DNA of 64,000 bases from an uncultured Rikenellaceae bacterium (GCA_964599235.1 CAZRDX010000007.1:156941-220940); one strand, 5' to 3'. Numbered from the stretch's first letter, positions 29,066 to 38,868 are shown. A program made the numbers and translations. The notes: a model not told the origin generated them from the sequence alone.

Positions 29066-29539
29066 GGAACCAAACCAGAAAGGGAAAGGCGGCCGCAAGG
29101 GAAAGAGCGTCCTCCTCCGGAACAACAAAGTGATCCAGGAGGAGCGTTCTCCCACCTTTGTGATCATGGAAGAGGACATTGAGTTCATGGCCCGTCAGCC
29201 TGACGGTCGTCTTCCGCCCCGCCGCCTCAGCAGCCCCGTGTTCTCTGTCGGGCGAGCGGAGGTACGACGGCGGCAGACTCATCCTCCCTCCTCACCGGCG
29301 AACGAAAAGGTCCGCCACACGATGTTTTCCACCGTGAAACCGACCATCATCAGGCCATGCGTACCATCGACCGGATCTCTGCACACGGGATCAATGCCTC
29401 GAACCTTACAACATCCGGAAAGAAAGAAAAGATACGACCTTTACCGGCAGGTCCCCGACACTTTTCTGTTTCCCGCCGAAAAGGGATGAACGAGCTGTAG
29501 CAATATCCGATGTTGAGGATCAAGGCGAGTGCCGATCCT

Positions 29540-30427
29540 TTAGCGTTCTTTTTTCAGATCTTTCAATGCTTCAGCCGCTTCGTCGGCTGTGGGGAAACGC
29601 CCGGCGATCCCTTCCCTGAGCATGGCGACGATCTCTTCCCTGCGGTAGTAGGCAGGTGGTTTGGGAAAGCTTTTTTTGGATGTTGCTTTTCTGATGAACG
29701 GGAACAGCTTTCCAGGGATCCTGCGGTGTTCTTTCAGGGGCTGGTTGAGCTGCAGGTTGATCACCGCCGAGGGATGGGAGGCATGAAAAGGTCTTTCGCC
29801 GGTGAGCAACTCCCACATCACCACTCCCAGGCTGTAGATATCTGCGGGAGGTCCGATGAGCGGGGTCATGCCCAGCACCTGTTCCGGGGAAGCGTAGAGC
29901 ATGGCGAAGGGCAGACGCCCCCGGGGCGGGCGGTCGAGCCACAACGCACCTGCCGTGTCGAGGAGACGGGCATGGTCGCGGCCGTCACGGCCGGTATAGA
30001 TAAGAACATTGGATGGTTTGATGTCGGCATGGACGAACCGCTGCTGATGGAGGAGCTGCAGACCTTCCAGCAGCTCGCCGGCAAGACGCACCGCCGTGGC
30101 CGGATCCTTCACTCTGCCATGGCGGGCCAGCCAGGCCTTGAGGTCGGTCCCTTCGCGATAGGCCATGACCAGATAGGTGGCCCCGTAAGCCTGAGCCAGC
30201 CCCACCATACGCTGCAGAGCAGGATGACGCAGCCGTGACAGCCGCTCATACCGGGAGGCCTCCTCCTCTCCGTGAGCACGCAACAGCCGCTTTACCAGAA
30301 CATGTCCCCCCGTGGAGAGCGAAGTCCCCAGGTAAGCCACGGAGAACTTACCCGCCCCTCCTTCCAGAGGAACACCGGGGTCGAACAGAACCACCTCCTG
30401 ACCCACACGGAGCCTTATCTTTCCCAT
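29540..30427 (-). CDS. Soluble Hanks-type Ser/Thr protein kinase with atypical motifs
   Basis: GAGKFSVAY (Gly loop), VLVK, HADIKPSN, DTA at the DFG position, YASPEQ, DIYSLG, ELLTG..PF. No TM or PASTA domain. Alternative start at 30457. Confidence 0.8.
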   Translation of the reverse strand: MGKIRLRVGQEVVLFDPGVPLEGGAGKFSVAYLGTSLSTGGHVLVKRLLRAHGEEEASRYERLSRLRHPALQRMVGLAQAYGATYLVMAYREGTDLKAWLARHGRVKDPATAVRLAGELLEGLQLLHQQRFVHADIKPSNVLIYTGRDGRDHARLLDTAGALWLDRPPRGRLPFAMLYASPEQVLGMTPLIGPPADIYSLGVVMWELLTGERPFHASHPSAVINLQLNQPLKEHRRIPGKLFPFIRKATSKKSFPKPPAYYRREEIVAMLREGIAGRFPTADEAAEALKDLKKER

Positions 30428-30523
30428 GGGAATAAAAATAAATCTTTTTTCATACATGCCCCTGCCCGTCCTTTTCCTGAAAAAAGGTACCTTTACTTTC
30501 CGTAATCTTCATCATCCACGAGC

Positions 30524-31147
30524 ATGCACAGCGACCTTCTTTCCTTTTCGTTGATGGTTTTCACGGGGTTCTTTGCCATCATGAACCCCATCGCCAACAC
30601 GCCCATTTTCATTGGTCTGGTGGAGGACCAAGATGCGGCGGAACGGCGTCGTACGGCACGTCGGGCCACGATCACGGCTTTTCTGATCGTAACGTCGTTC
30701 ATCCTTTTCGGAAAGTTCATCTTCCAGGTGTTCGGCATCACCATCCCGGCCTTCAAGATCACAGGGGGTATTCTCGTCTTCTTTGTGGGTTTCGACATGT
30801 TGCGGTCACGTAAATCGGAGGTACATGGCCATGACACACCCACCACACCTGACGATGACATTGCCATCTCTCCTCTGGCCATTCCCATCCTGGCCGGCCC
30901 GGGGACGATCGTCACCGCGATGAACTATGTGACCAGCGGAGGGCTCACCAGGATGTGCCTGGTCATTCTGATCTTCGCGGTGATCATCCTGCTCACTTAC
31001 CTGGCTTTTACCCTGAGCGACCGTATCATGGAAAAGCTGGGCAGAAATCTGATCATGGTCGTGGCCAAGATCATGGGGCTGATCATTGCCATCATCGGCA
31101 CCGAAATGGTGCTGTCCGGGATCAAGATGTCTTTTTCCCTGAACTGA
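30524..31147 (+). CDS. MarC family inner-membrane protein
   Basis: FAIMNPIANTPIF, FGITIPAFKITGG, ISPLAIPILAGPGTI, KIMGLII; six TM helices. Confidence 0.92.
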   Translation: MHSDLLSFSLMVFTGFFAIMNPIANTPIFIGLVEDQDAAERRRTARRATITAFLIVTSFILFGKFIFQVFGITIPAFKITGGILVFFVGFDMLRSRKSEVHGHDTPTTPDDDIAISPLAIPILAGPGTIVTAMNYVTSGGLTRMCLVILIFAVIILLTYLAFTLSDRIMEKLGRNLIMVVAKIMGLIIAIIGTEMVLSGIKMSFSLN

Positions 31148-31148
31148 A

Positions 31149-33848
31149 TCATTTGAGGATGCCGAGTTTACTGGCGCGGGCCACGGCTTCCTGACGTTTT
31201 CCCACACCCAGTTTGCGGTAGATGGTGATGGTATGCCGTTTCACGGTGGCCACGGAGATGAAGAGCTGGCTGGCGATCTCCTTGTTCGATTTCCGCTGGG
31301 CCAACAGGTGCAGGACGTCCAGTTCGCGGTTGGTGAGGATGTTCCAGACATCGGGAGAGTCATTCCCTTCTTCCTGTTGTTCCGTGAGGTCAGGCAACCG
31401 GCCTGTCTGGGGATAACGGGAAAAATGTCTCAGGAGGGTCAACCTGAAGGAGGTTGTTCCGGCGGGAGGGGAGACCTCTTCGAGCAGACGGCGCATGGTT
31501 TCGCCGGCCTCGAAGAAGGGACGTACCCATTCGCCGGAGGCGGCGATGGTGAGGGCTTCGCCCACCAAGGCCAGAGCCTCCCGACGGGCCCCGCGCCGGT
31601 CCCGGAGAAGAGCGGACAACACCAGCATCTGCACCTGCTGGGGCACGTTGCGGGTCTCCCTGGCCAGCTGCATGGTGCCGGCCACCAGCCGCTCCGCCTC
31701 CTCCAGCGCCTCGTCGTCACCCCGTACCAGAAGATATTTGCATCGTGTCACCCGCGGCGTCTCGATCCAGAAAAACAGATTGCCCGACTCGAAATACATG
31801 TTCACCCTCTTCAGATGTCTGGCGGCACGTTCCTTATCGCCCTCCAGCAAGGCCAGCCGACCCAGGAAAGAGGCCAGGAAGGTGTCCATCGCCGGGTTGT
31901 CCCGCTGCCGGACAAAGGCCTGCATTCTTTCCACCACCTCCTGCAGTTTCCTTTTCTTCCCCAACGTCTGGAGCGTCAGACCGTATCCCGCAAAACAGTC
32001 GACAGGTCCCAGGAGGTTCAGCATGTAGATGTGGTCGAGCGTTCTGGCAAAGGCGCCCTCAGCCCGCTCCAGGTCGTTCCGGTAGAAGGCGGCCATCCCC
32101 TCCAGATAGGATGACCACACCTTGAGAAAGGGACTCTTCAGCCCTTCCCCGATGGCATACACTCTCCTTATCAGCTCCATCACACCATCGAGGTCACCTT
32201 CCAGCATCCTCACATAGGCGATGCCGCCCAGGATGGTAGCCCGGTAGAAAGGATCGAGCGACTCGTTGAGCAGCAGCTTGCGGATCTCCCGTACAGCCTT
32301 ATCCCCTTTCCCGTTGATGTGGGATGCCATGAGATAGTAATAGTTGTTGATACTGGTAGCTCCCCTTTTTTCTGCGGGCAGGTTCTTTTTCACGTATTCA
32401 AAGCTCTCCAGGCTTTCCCGGAAACGGGTCCCCCAGTATTGCACCACTCCTCTGAAGAAACGTACCTGGACTGCGATGGCGGCATCCACTTCCTGTTCTT
32501 TCCATTGTCTGTCAAACTCCCGGAGCAGATCGGGTATGAGCCAGGTTGCCTTGTTGTGCATCACCCACATGCGGGCCACCAGCAATCCAGGACGGCTGGA
32601 CAGGTAGCTCTCCGGAAGGCGTCCCAACCATTCATCAAGCAGATACCATTTGTCTTCGTTGAGCGGCCGGTCCAGATGAACCTCGATCATTGTGGCCATT
32701 CTCCCATGGTCGCCGATGATCCCCGCATGATGGAAAGCCTCTTCGATGAAATCGTTCGCCTCGAACCATTCGATACAACGCTCATGAAGCGCTCTGATCT
32801 CCTCGGGAGGGGACTCTCTCTCCAGCTCCCGCTGCAAAGCCTCCCTGAAAAGCTGATGGTAACGGAACCAGTGTCCGTGCTCATCAAGCGGGGTCAGGAA
32901 AAGGTTGCCATGCAGGACCTTTTCCAGGACCTCGGCACTGCTGCCCCCCTCGAAAGAGTGTCCCATCAGGTGATCTGCCAGTGAAGAGGAAAAACGTTCC
33001 GGCACGGAAGTGCGCAGGAGGAAAGTTTTCAGGGAAGGATCGAGTCCTTTCATCACCTCTTCCATGAAGTATCTTCCCGTCAGATCACTCTCGTCCAGAA
33101 AACGGATGGTTTCGTTCAGGTCGCTGCTTTTCATGGAAGCATGGAGCAAGGCCAGGCGGAGTCCCGTGATCCATCCTTCGGTTTTCTTTTCCAGGAGGCT
33201 GACCAGTTCGTCCAGATCGTCACGCCGGAGATGTTTCTGCAGGAAAGTACGGATCTCAAGGGTGTTCATACGCAGATCGTCAGGTCCGATGCGGAACATC
33301 CTGTCATGTGCTTTCAGGCGCTCCAGCGGCAAGGGAGGATCCTGACGGGAGATGATCACCAGATGGAAGCGCGGCGGGGGAAAGGCAAGCATCTCTCCGA
33401 GGATACGATGGATCTCCCGGTCCCGGATCAGATGCAGGTCATCGATCACGAGGGTGATGTCCCGGGTAAGAGTGTTCAGCTCATTGATCAGGGTATGTCC
33501 CAGCTCATCGGATGAGGGCAGGTGGGTGGCCGCCAGCAGCGACAGGGTACGCTCACCGAAGGAAGGAAGCTGACGATGCAGCGCCATCACAAAATAGCTG
33601 AAGAAAATGCGAAGATCATCATCGGAAGGATCCAACGACACCCAGGCTGTCACATGGGGCATCCGTTCCATACAGCTGCGGACAAAGAGACTCTTTCCGG
33701 ATCCGCTCCCCGAAGAGACCAGGATAAGGGGTTTGGCGGCATTCGCAACAAAACGTTCGACAAGCACTTCCCGAAAAACAAAGTCGTCGGGCAGGTACGG
33801 AAACTGGAACTTGGTCGTCAGCAGATTATCTATTTTTCCCCATTCCAT
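31149..33848 (-). CDS. MalT-like (LAL) large ATP-binding LuxR family regulator
   Basis: TKFQFP...RE.L N-terminus; P-loop GSGSGKS; LVIDDLH; KTEGWITGLRL; WFRYHQLFREAL; C-terminal HTH LTNRELDVL..LA...SNKEIA..LFIS..TVKRH. Confidence 0.92.
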   Translation of the reverse strand: MEWGKIDNLLTTKFQFPYLPDDFVFREVLVERFVANAAKPLILVSSGSGSGKSLFVRSCMERMPHVTAWVSLDPSDDDLRIFFSYFVMALHRQLPSFGERTLSLLAATHLPSSDELGHTLINELNTLTRDITLVIDDLHLIRDREIHRILGEMLAFPPPRFHLVIISRQDPPLPLERLKAHDRMFRIGPDDLRMNTLEIRTFLQKHLRRDDLDELVSLLEKKTEGWITGLRLALLHASMKSSDLNETIRFLDESDLTGRYFMEEVMKGLDPSLKTFLLRTSVPERFSSSLADHLMGHSFEGGSSAEVLEKVLHGNLFLTPLDEHGHWFRYHQLFREALQRELERESPPEEIRALHERCIEWFEANDFIEEAFHHAGIIGDHGRMATMIEVHLDRPLNEDKWYLLDEWLGRLPESYLSSRPGLLVARMWVMHNKATWLIPDLLREFDRQWKEQEVDAAIAVQVRFFRGVVQYWGTRFRESLESFEYVKKNLPAEKRGATSINNYYYLMASHINGKGDKAVREIRKLLLNESLDPFYRATILGGIAYVRMLEGDLDGVMELIRRVYAIGEGLKSPFLKVWSSYLEGMAAFYRNDLERAEGAFARTLDHIYMLNLLGPVDCFAGYGLTLQTLGKKRKLQEVVERMQAFVRQRDNPAMDTFLASFLGRLALLEGDKERAARHLKRVNMYFESGNLFFWIETPRVTRCKYLLVRGDDEALEEAERLVAGTMQLARETRNVPQQVQMLVLSALLRDRRGARREALALVGEALTIAASGEWVRPFFEAGETMRRLLEEVSPPAGTTSFRLTLLRHFSRYPQTGRLPDLTEQQEEGNDSPDVWNILTNRELDVLHLLAQRKSNKEIASQLFISVATVKRHTITIYRKLGVGKRQEAVARASKLGILK

Positions 33849-33916
33849 AAACCTTCTTCCTGCCTCTGCATGATCAGATCAAAGATGCATTTTCTTGCCA
33901 TGCCGGATCATACCGG

Positions 33917-34528
33917 TCACTTTTTGAACCGGATCAGGGTTTCCGACAGTGTCTCCGGATCGATGATGATGGCATCGAAAGGTTTCACCTCTCCTTTTTT
34001 TTCTTTCTCGAGGGCACGTCGCACCATGCTTCTTACTTTGTCGTACAGCAGGCCGCGGGCGGCACGCAGGGAATAGTCGGCGGGCCATTCGGCCACCACC
34101 TCATAATCTGCGTCGGGGAGGGAGAAGAAATAGAGGGGCACACCTTCCTGGCGCAACACTTTGGCGGCCAGGCTGTCCTCCTGACGGAGGGTGACCGCCA
34201 GGGCTTTGTCTTTGTCGAGGTCGAGGATGATGGCATCGAATGCAGGCACTTTCCCTTTCCGCTGCCGTTCCCTGGCCATCTTCACCAGTGTGGCGGCTTT
34301 GTCCTTCACCGTCGACCCTTCGTCGACGGCCAGACGGATGAAGTGGCCGACTGTGGCGGCCTTGCCCACCACTTCATAGCCGCCGGCAGGCACGGCATAG
34401 AGGAAGAAAGGCACGCCCTCCACCTTCATCACATGCGCCGGGGCCGCCGGACGCTCCTGCGCCCCAAGCATCCCGGAGATGAACATCAGAGCAACCAGAC
34501 ACAACGTTCTCATGAGAGTTCTCTTCAT
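33917..34528 (-). CDS. Exported hypothetical protein made of two tandem ~80-aa homologous domains
   Basis: Signal peptide; EGVPFFLYAVP..GYEVV...PAFDAIILD versus EGVPLYFFSLP..DYEVV...KPFDAIIID. Confidence 0.75.
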   Translation of the reverse strand: MKRTLMRTLCLVALMFISGMLGAQERPAAPAHVMKVEGVPFFLYAVPAGGYEVVGKAATVGHFIRLAVDEGSTVKDKAATLVKMARERQRKGKVPAFDAIILDLDKDKALAVTLRQEDSLAAKVLRQEGVPLYFFSLPDADYEVVAEWPADYSLRAARGLLYDKVRSMVRRALEKEKKGEVKPFDAIIIDPETLSETLIRFKK

Positions 34529-34532
34529 AGGG

Positions 34533-35936
34533 TCAACGGATCATTTCAGCCTTAGGCACCTTCCAGCTCTTCATCTTCTCCCAGTCGGGAACGTAGATAC
34601 GCATGATCAGGTCCAGGTCGATATTTTCCCGGTTGATGGGAAGCCAGTTCTCTTCGGGCACGCCTTCCGGTTTTTCGGCAGCGATGTATATGTCGACGCC
34701 GCCCCGCTCGTTGTATTTGACACCGCCGTTAACGCCGACGATGTATTTATGCCGGTCGTTGGGTATGAAGAAGCCGGTCCGGGCATCGTAGAGGGTGACC
34801 GACCAGAAGGCTTTGGCGGGGGGTAGGTCGTCGCGTGTGGGCATCCGCACCACATAGTCGTGCATGGCGTTCAGGGGTTTGCCGTCGACGGTGCCTATGC
34901 CGGGATAGATGGCCTCCGTGGCCGGCAGGCCGATGGGCCCCACGGCCGACTGCACCACCATCGCCTCCAGGTTCATCTGTCCCTTGGGCTTGAAGACCTG
35001 CATCAGGTAAGGGTTACCCTCGGGGTTGTTCCAGATGGCCAGAGAGGCTTGGGCAATGCTGTCGGCGATGGCGGCCAGCTGCTCTCCGTCGGGATGGACC
35101 ACCCCGGCCGAATCATACTCCTGACCGGGCCGCACCCCCAAAGGCTCAAAAGCCTCCAGCACCGCTCTGTCCATCTCATTCTCCGGATCCCAGCTCACGT
35201 GATTGAAGACGAACTGCATCACCTCCATGAAATCGTTGCGGAAAACGAACTGATCGTTCTTCCATGGCGGAAAACGGACGGGGGTGCGGGCCACCGGCGG
35301 CCTGCCCATGAACTCCGAAAGGGTCTGCAGCTTCATCTCGTCTATCTGCTTCCTGATGCGGGCATTCCGCTCCGGCTCACTGAGATGGGTCATCAGCCGC
35401 ACGAAGGAGATCACAAAATCGCCCGTCATCTTCACAATGGTATCCACCCCCTCGACCGGCTCCCCGTGATAGTTCCTGGTATGGTCGGAATAATACAGCA
35501 TCGTCACCGGTTCACGGAAATCGCCTTTGGAGGTGGCCAGCGGGATCTCGACATAATGATCATAGGCCGAGGTCTCCACCGAGACGTATTTGCTGTCAAA
35601 GGCGGGATAGCTGATCACCACGGCATCATCCCGCAGGTCGAGCGTTGACAGGACGTAATAGGTGTCGTTGTTGGGTCGGGCAATGGCCTTCACCGTATGG
35701 TCAGCCAGCTGCGTGTTCTTGAGCGTGCTGTTCCAGCCTCCCGTCCAGAGCGGGTTGTTCTCGGCCATGGCGAAGTTGTTGATGACATTGTACATCGCCA
35801 CGTACTGGTAGGAACGCTTCACCAGGTTGACGAGCTCCGCGTGACTGAGCTCTTTTTTCTTTTCGCGGGGGGCACAGCCTGCCACAGAGAGGACCAGCAG
35901 ACCCAGCATCAGGATTCTCATCGTTTTCATGGTCAT
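34533..35936 (-). CDS. DUF1254/DUF1214 domain lipoprotein
   Basis: Lipobox VAGC; IARPNNDTYY..STLDL; EAIYP; GKPLNA...YVV; PPAKAFWSVTLYD; GGVDIYI..EKP; NWLP; L.MRIY.P. Confidence 0.85.
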   Translation of the reverse strand: MTMKTMRILMLGLLVLSVAGCAPREKKKELSHAELVNLVKRSYQYVAMYNVINNFAMAENNPLWTGGWNSTLKNTQLADHTVKAIARPNNDTYYVLSTLDLRDDAVVISYPAFDSKYVSVETSAYDHYVEIPLATSKGDFREPVTMLYYSDHTRNYHGEPVEGVDTIVKMTGDFVISFVRLMTHLSEPERNARIRKQIDEMKLQTLSEFMGRPPVARTPVRFPPWKNDQFVFRNDFMEVMQFVFNHVSWDPENEMDRAVLEAFEPLGVRPGQEYDSAGVVHPDGEQLAAIADSIAQASLAIWNNPEGNPYLMQVFKPKGQMNLEAMVVQSAVGPIGLPATEAIYPGIGTVDGKPLNAMHDYVVRMPTRDDLPPAKAFWSVTLYDARTGFFIPNDRHKYIVGVNGGVKYNERGGVDIYIAAEKPEGVPEENWLPINRENIDLDLIMRIYVPDWEKMKSWKVPKAEMIR

Positions 35937-36130
35937 TTTGAGTTCATGTCATTTTGGGGTCTTGCGACCACGCCCGTTTCACAGGGGGGGGACAGATCTT
36001 CAAGACCTTATACCGTTGCTCAAAATACGAAAAATATTACAATCGACATCATCCTGCCGCTCCTGCAAGCCTGATGACAGGGCTGAGGGGCGGACATCAT
36101 GGTCGATGTACGTCATATGAGGAAAAGGGA

Positions 36131-37738
36131 CTATGGGTTTCCCGGCCGGCTGCCCCACCAGTCGCTGTTGGGCTGCCAGGAGGGGTCCAGCATTCTTTTT
36201 CTTTGTGCTTCGAGACGGGGCCAGAGCACCTCGCGGTACCACCGGAGTTTCTCTTCATGTTTTTGTTCGTCGTATTCGGGGTCGGGCTGCGGGTAAAGGG
36301 CCTTCACCGACCGCAGCCATCCCAGCAGTTGCCGGGAGAGGGTATCCCGCACCGCCGGATAGGCGTCAGCCACGTCGTGCTGCTCACTGAGGTCGCGGCG
36401 CAGGTCGTACAGCTCCTCATGGTCATCCTCCCAGTAATGGATCAGCTTCCAGTGGCCTAGGCGGATCATAGAGGAAGGATCGCCTCCCTGGTTGCCGTAA
36501 TGAGGATAATGCCAGAACAGGGGTCGTACGGGCAGGGTGTCACCCCGCAGCAGGGGTACCAGGCTGCGACCGTCCACATGCTGGTGCGGGAGCATGGGCA
36601 GGCCGGCCAGATCCAGCAGGGTAGGATAAAGATCGGCACCGGTGACGGGTGTCTCCTCGTGTCTGCCGCCCAGGTCCATCCAGGGAACACGGATGAAGAG
36701 CGGCACGCGTATGCCTCCCTCCCACTGGTAGCCCTTGCCGCCCCGCAGCGGGGCCAGGTTCGTGGAATAAGCATCGCCGGAGACCACCCCGCCGTTGTCG
36801 GAGGTGAACACGACGATCGTCTTTCGGTCCAGTCCCAACCGCTGAAGGGCATCGAGCACATAACCCACCGCATCGTCCATCTGGGAGACCAGCCCGGCAT
36901 AGACGGGGTTGTCCTGATGCAGCCGGTAAGGGAGCCGCCGCTCCATGGCAAAGCCCTGCGGAGCGATACCCAGCGAATCAGCCTTGTCACGGAAATGACG
37001 CCACTTCTCCTCAGTGGTCTGGATAGGGGCGTGTACGGCATAAAAAGCCAGATAGGCCAGGAAAGGCTCGTCGCTGTGCTGCTCCATGAACTTCACTGTC
37101 TCCCGTGCCAGCTTCATCGAAAGGCTCATCCCCTTCTCTTCGGGGAGATCTTGCATCTTGGGATCATGAAAAGGAGAGAAATAGCGGCCGTGCGGCGGGC
37201 TGCCGGTTTCATAACCGCCTATGTTGACCTCGAAGCCGTTGTCCTCGGGATAATGTCCTTCGCCGCCCAGATGCCATTTCCCGGCGAAGAAGGTGCGGTA
37301 GCCATGCATCCGGAACGCTTCGGGGAGGAGGGTGTCCTCTCCGGCAATGTGATGGAGGTAAGGAGCGGGCAGGAGACGTGTATGACGCCCCACCATACGC
37401 CACTTCTCGCCCGAGGGCGCCCCGATCCAGTCGGTGATGCCGTGACGGGCGGTGAACTTGCCTGTCAGCAGGCTTGCACGCGAAGGACTGCACACCCCGC
37501 ACGTGGCATATGCGTTCGTGAAGACCATCCCCTCCGCAGCAATGCGATCCACATGGGGCGTCTCGTAATAGCGGCTGCCCATGCAACTGAGGTCCTTGTA
37601 CCCCAGATCATCCACCAGAATGAACAGAACATCGGGTTTTTCAGGAACTCCCTGCTTCCGCGACGACGTGGAACAGGAAACCAGAAAAGCCAGAAAAAAA
37701 GTTGAAAAAATACGTACCATGACTGCAGGATTTTTCAT
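36131..37738 (-). CDS. Formylglycine-dependent sulfatase (S1), Cys-type, probable lipoprotein
   Basis: PDVLFILVDDLG, CSPSRASLLTG, GYRTFFAGKWHLG, HAP, FTSDNGG, GKG..WEGGIRVP, ELYDL..D..E. Alternative start at ATG 37720. Confidence 0.93.
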   Translation of the reverse strand: MKNPAVMVRIFSTFFLAFLVSCSTSSRKQGVPEKPDVLFILVDDLGYKDLSCMGSRYYETPHVDRIAAEGMVFTNAYATCGVCSPSRASLLTGKFTARHGITDWIGAPSGEKWRMVGRHTRLLPAPYLHHIAGEDTLLPEAFRMHGYRTFFAGKWHLGGEGHYPEDNGFEVNIGGYETGSPPHGRYFSPFHDPKMQDLPEEKGMSLSMKLARETVKFMEQHSDEPFLAYLAFYAVHAPIQTTEEKWRHFRDKADSLGIAPQGFAMERRLPYRLHQDNPVYAGLVSQMDDAVGYVLDALQRLGLDRKTIVVFTSDNGGVVSGDAYSTNLAPLRGGKGYQWEGGIRVPLFIRVPWMDLGGRHEETPVTGADLYPTLLDLAGLPMLPHQHVDGRSLVPLLRGDTLPVRPLFWHYPHYGNQGGDPSSMIRLGHWKLIHYWEDDHEELYDLRRDLSEQHDVADAYPAVRDTLSRQLLGWLRSVKALYPQPDPEYDEQKHEEKLRWYREVLWPRLEAQRKRMLDPSWQPNSDWWGSRPGNP

Positions 37739-37742
37739 TGTC

Positions 37743-37750
37743 CAAAGATA
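37743..37750 (-). promoter_or_regulatory. -7 box (TATCTTTG) of the sulfatase gene
   Basis: Exact TAnnTTTG match on the minus strand, 4 bp from ATG 37738; this favours ATG 37720 or a leaderless start. Confidence 0.55.
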
Positions 37751-38011
37751 AGGATAATCAAAGCTGCTGCTTTCCCTTTTCCGGCAGGGTCATCTCACCG
37801 ATCATCCCCACGCTCCCACCTTCCGGCACATCCGCCCTTTCTTCCCTTACTGGCTGACAAACTATATGTTACAAGTCGTATTCCGCAAAAAGGACCAGGA
37901 ACGGACACCGAATTTACAAAAATTTTCACACAACTTCTTCCCTCCCGTCATATACAATCAGTCATAATAAATTGTATTGAAAACACTTACAAAAGTCACC
38001 GGATACACATC

Positions 38012-38043
38012 CTACGTAGACAACTACGTAGCCAGCTACGTAG
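38012..38043. repeat. Triad of CTACGTAG palindromes at 12-bp period (site 2)
   Basis: CTACGTAG at 38012-38019, 38024-38031 and 38036-38043 in an AT-rich intergenic region. Confidence 0.95.
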
Positions 38044-38118
38044 ATCTTTCATTACAATGTGATTATCAAGATCTTACCGAAACCTGATGCAACGGGGTTG
38101 TAACTGCGGGAAACATGG

Positions 38119-38769
38119 TCATTCTGTTTTTCTTTTTTTTCTGATCAGGTCGCTTGCCCGGGATTCCTCGCCACGTGCTATTCTCCGGATGTTGGAGCGG
38201 TGGGTCCAGATGAGGAGCAGGGCCACGAAGATGCCGAAGATCCGAAGCGATAAATAGGGAGAAGGCAGGATGAACCAGACGGTGACGGGGAACATGGCCC
38301 CGGCGATCATGGAGCTGAGCGACACGTAATTGAAGAGGAAGACCGAGACGATATAGGCGGCGAGGCTGATGAGCGTGGCTTCGGGGGCGATGGCCAGGGC
38401 CACGCCGAGGAAGGTGGCCACCCCTTTGCCTCCGCGGAAACGCGCAAAGAGGGGGAAGATATGTCCCAGCACGGCCGCCAGGCCCAGCACCAGCTGACGG
38501 ATCATGTAAGCTTCTTCGCCCGGCAGGGGCAGCTGATGGGTGAAGGTGGCCAGGCGCACCGCCAGCCATCCTTTGAAAGCATCGAACACCAGCACCACCA
38601 CCCCCGCCTTCCAGCCCAGGACCCGGAAGGTGTTGGCCGCACCGGCATTGCCGCTGCCGTGCTCACGGATGTCCAGATGAAAGAAAACCTTGCCGATGAT
38701 GATCGAAGAGGGGATCGAACCGAGCAGGTATGCTGCCACGACCAGCAGCACAAAACAGAGGTTCTCCAT
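38119..38769 (-). CDS. plsY: Glycerol-3-phosphate 1-O-acyltransferase
   Basis: YLLGSIP, DIREHGSGNAGAANTFR, GHIFP.F..FRGGKGVAT, HRSNIRR. Confidence 0.95.
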   Translation of the reverse strand: MENLCFVLLVVAAYLLGSIPSSIIIGKVFFHLDIREHGSGNAGAANTFRVLGWKAGVVVLVFDAFKGWLAVRLATFTHQLPLPGEEAYMIRQLVLGLAAVLGHIFPLFARFRGGKGVATFLGVALAIAPEATLISLAAYIVSVFLFNYVSLSSMIAGAMFPVTVWFILPSPYLSLRIFGIFVALLLIWTHRSNIRRIARGEESRASDLIRKKRKTE

Positions 38770-38844
38770 GGCCGGGGACTTTTTATTTTCCGCAAATTAA
38801 CAAAAAAAAAACACAGATATGTTCCGGAACGGGTGTTCACAAAA

Positions 38845-38868
38845 AAAGGGGATCCGCGGATCCCCTTT
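38845..38868 (-). terminator. Terminator of maeB-mdh (24-bp perfect palindrome)
   Basis: AAAGGGGATCCGCGGATCCCCTTT, followed by a T-run on the minus strand. Confidence 0.8.

Noticed and set aside
29066-29539. ORFs 29130-29489 (+) and 29055-29282 (+) in the gap between protease and kinase
   Set aside because: Low-complexity Pro/Arg/Ser-rich translations with no RBS-like context or family motif; probably non-coding.
1056-38043. CTACGTAG triads as CRISPR remnants, or as proven ends of a 37-kb genomic island
   Set aside because: Repeats are 8 bp with 4-bp spacers and there are no cas genes; no integrase, tRNA target or direct-repeat duplication was found. The island idea is kept only as a testable hypothesis.
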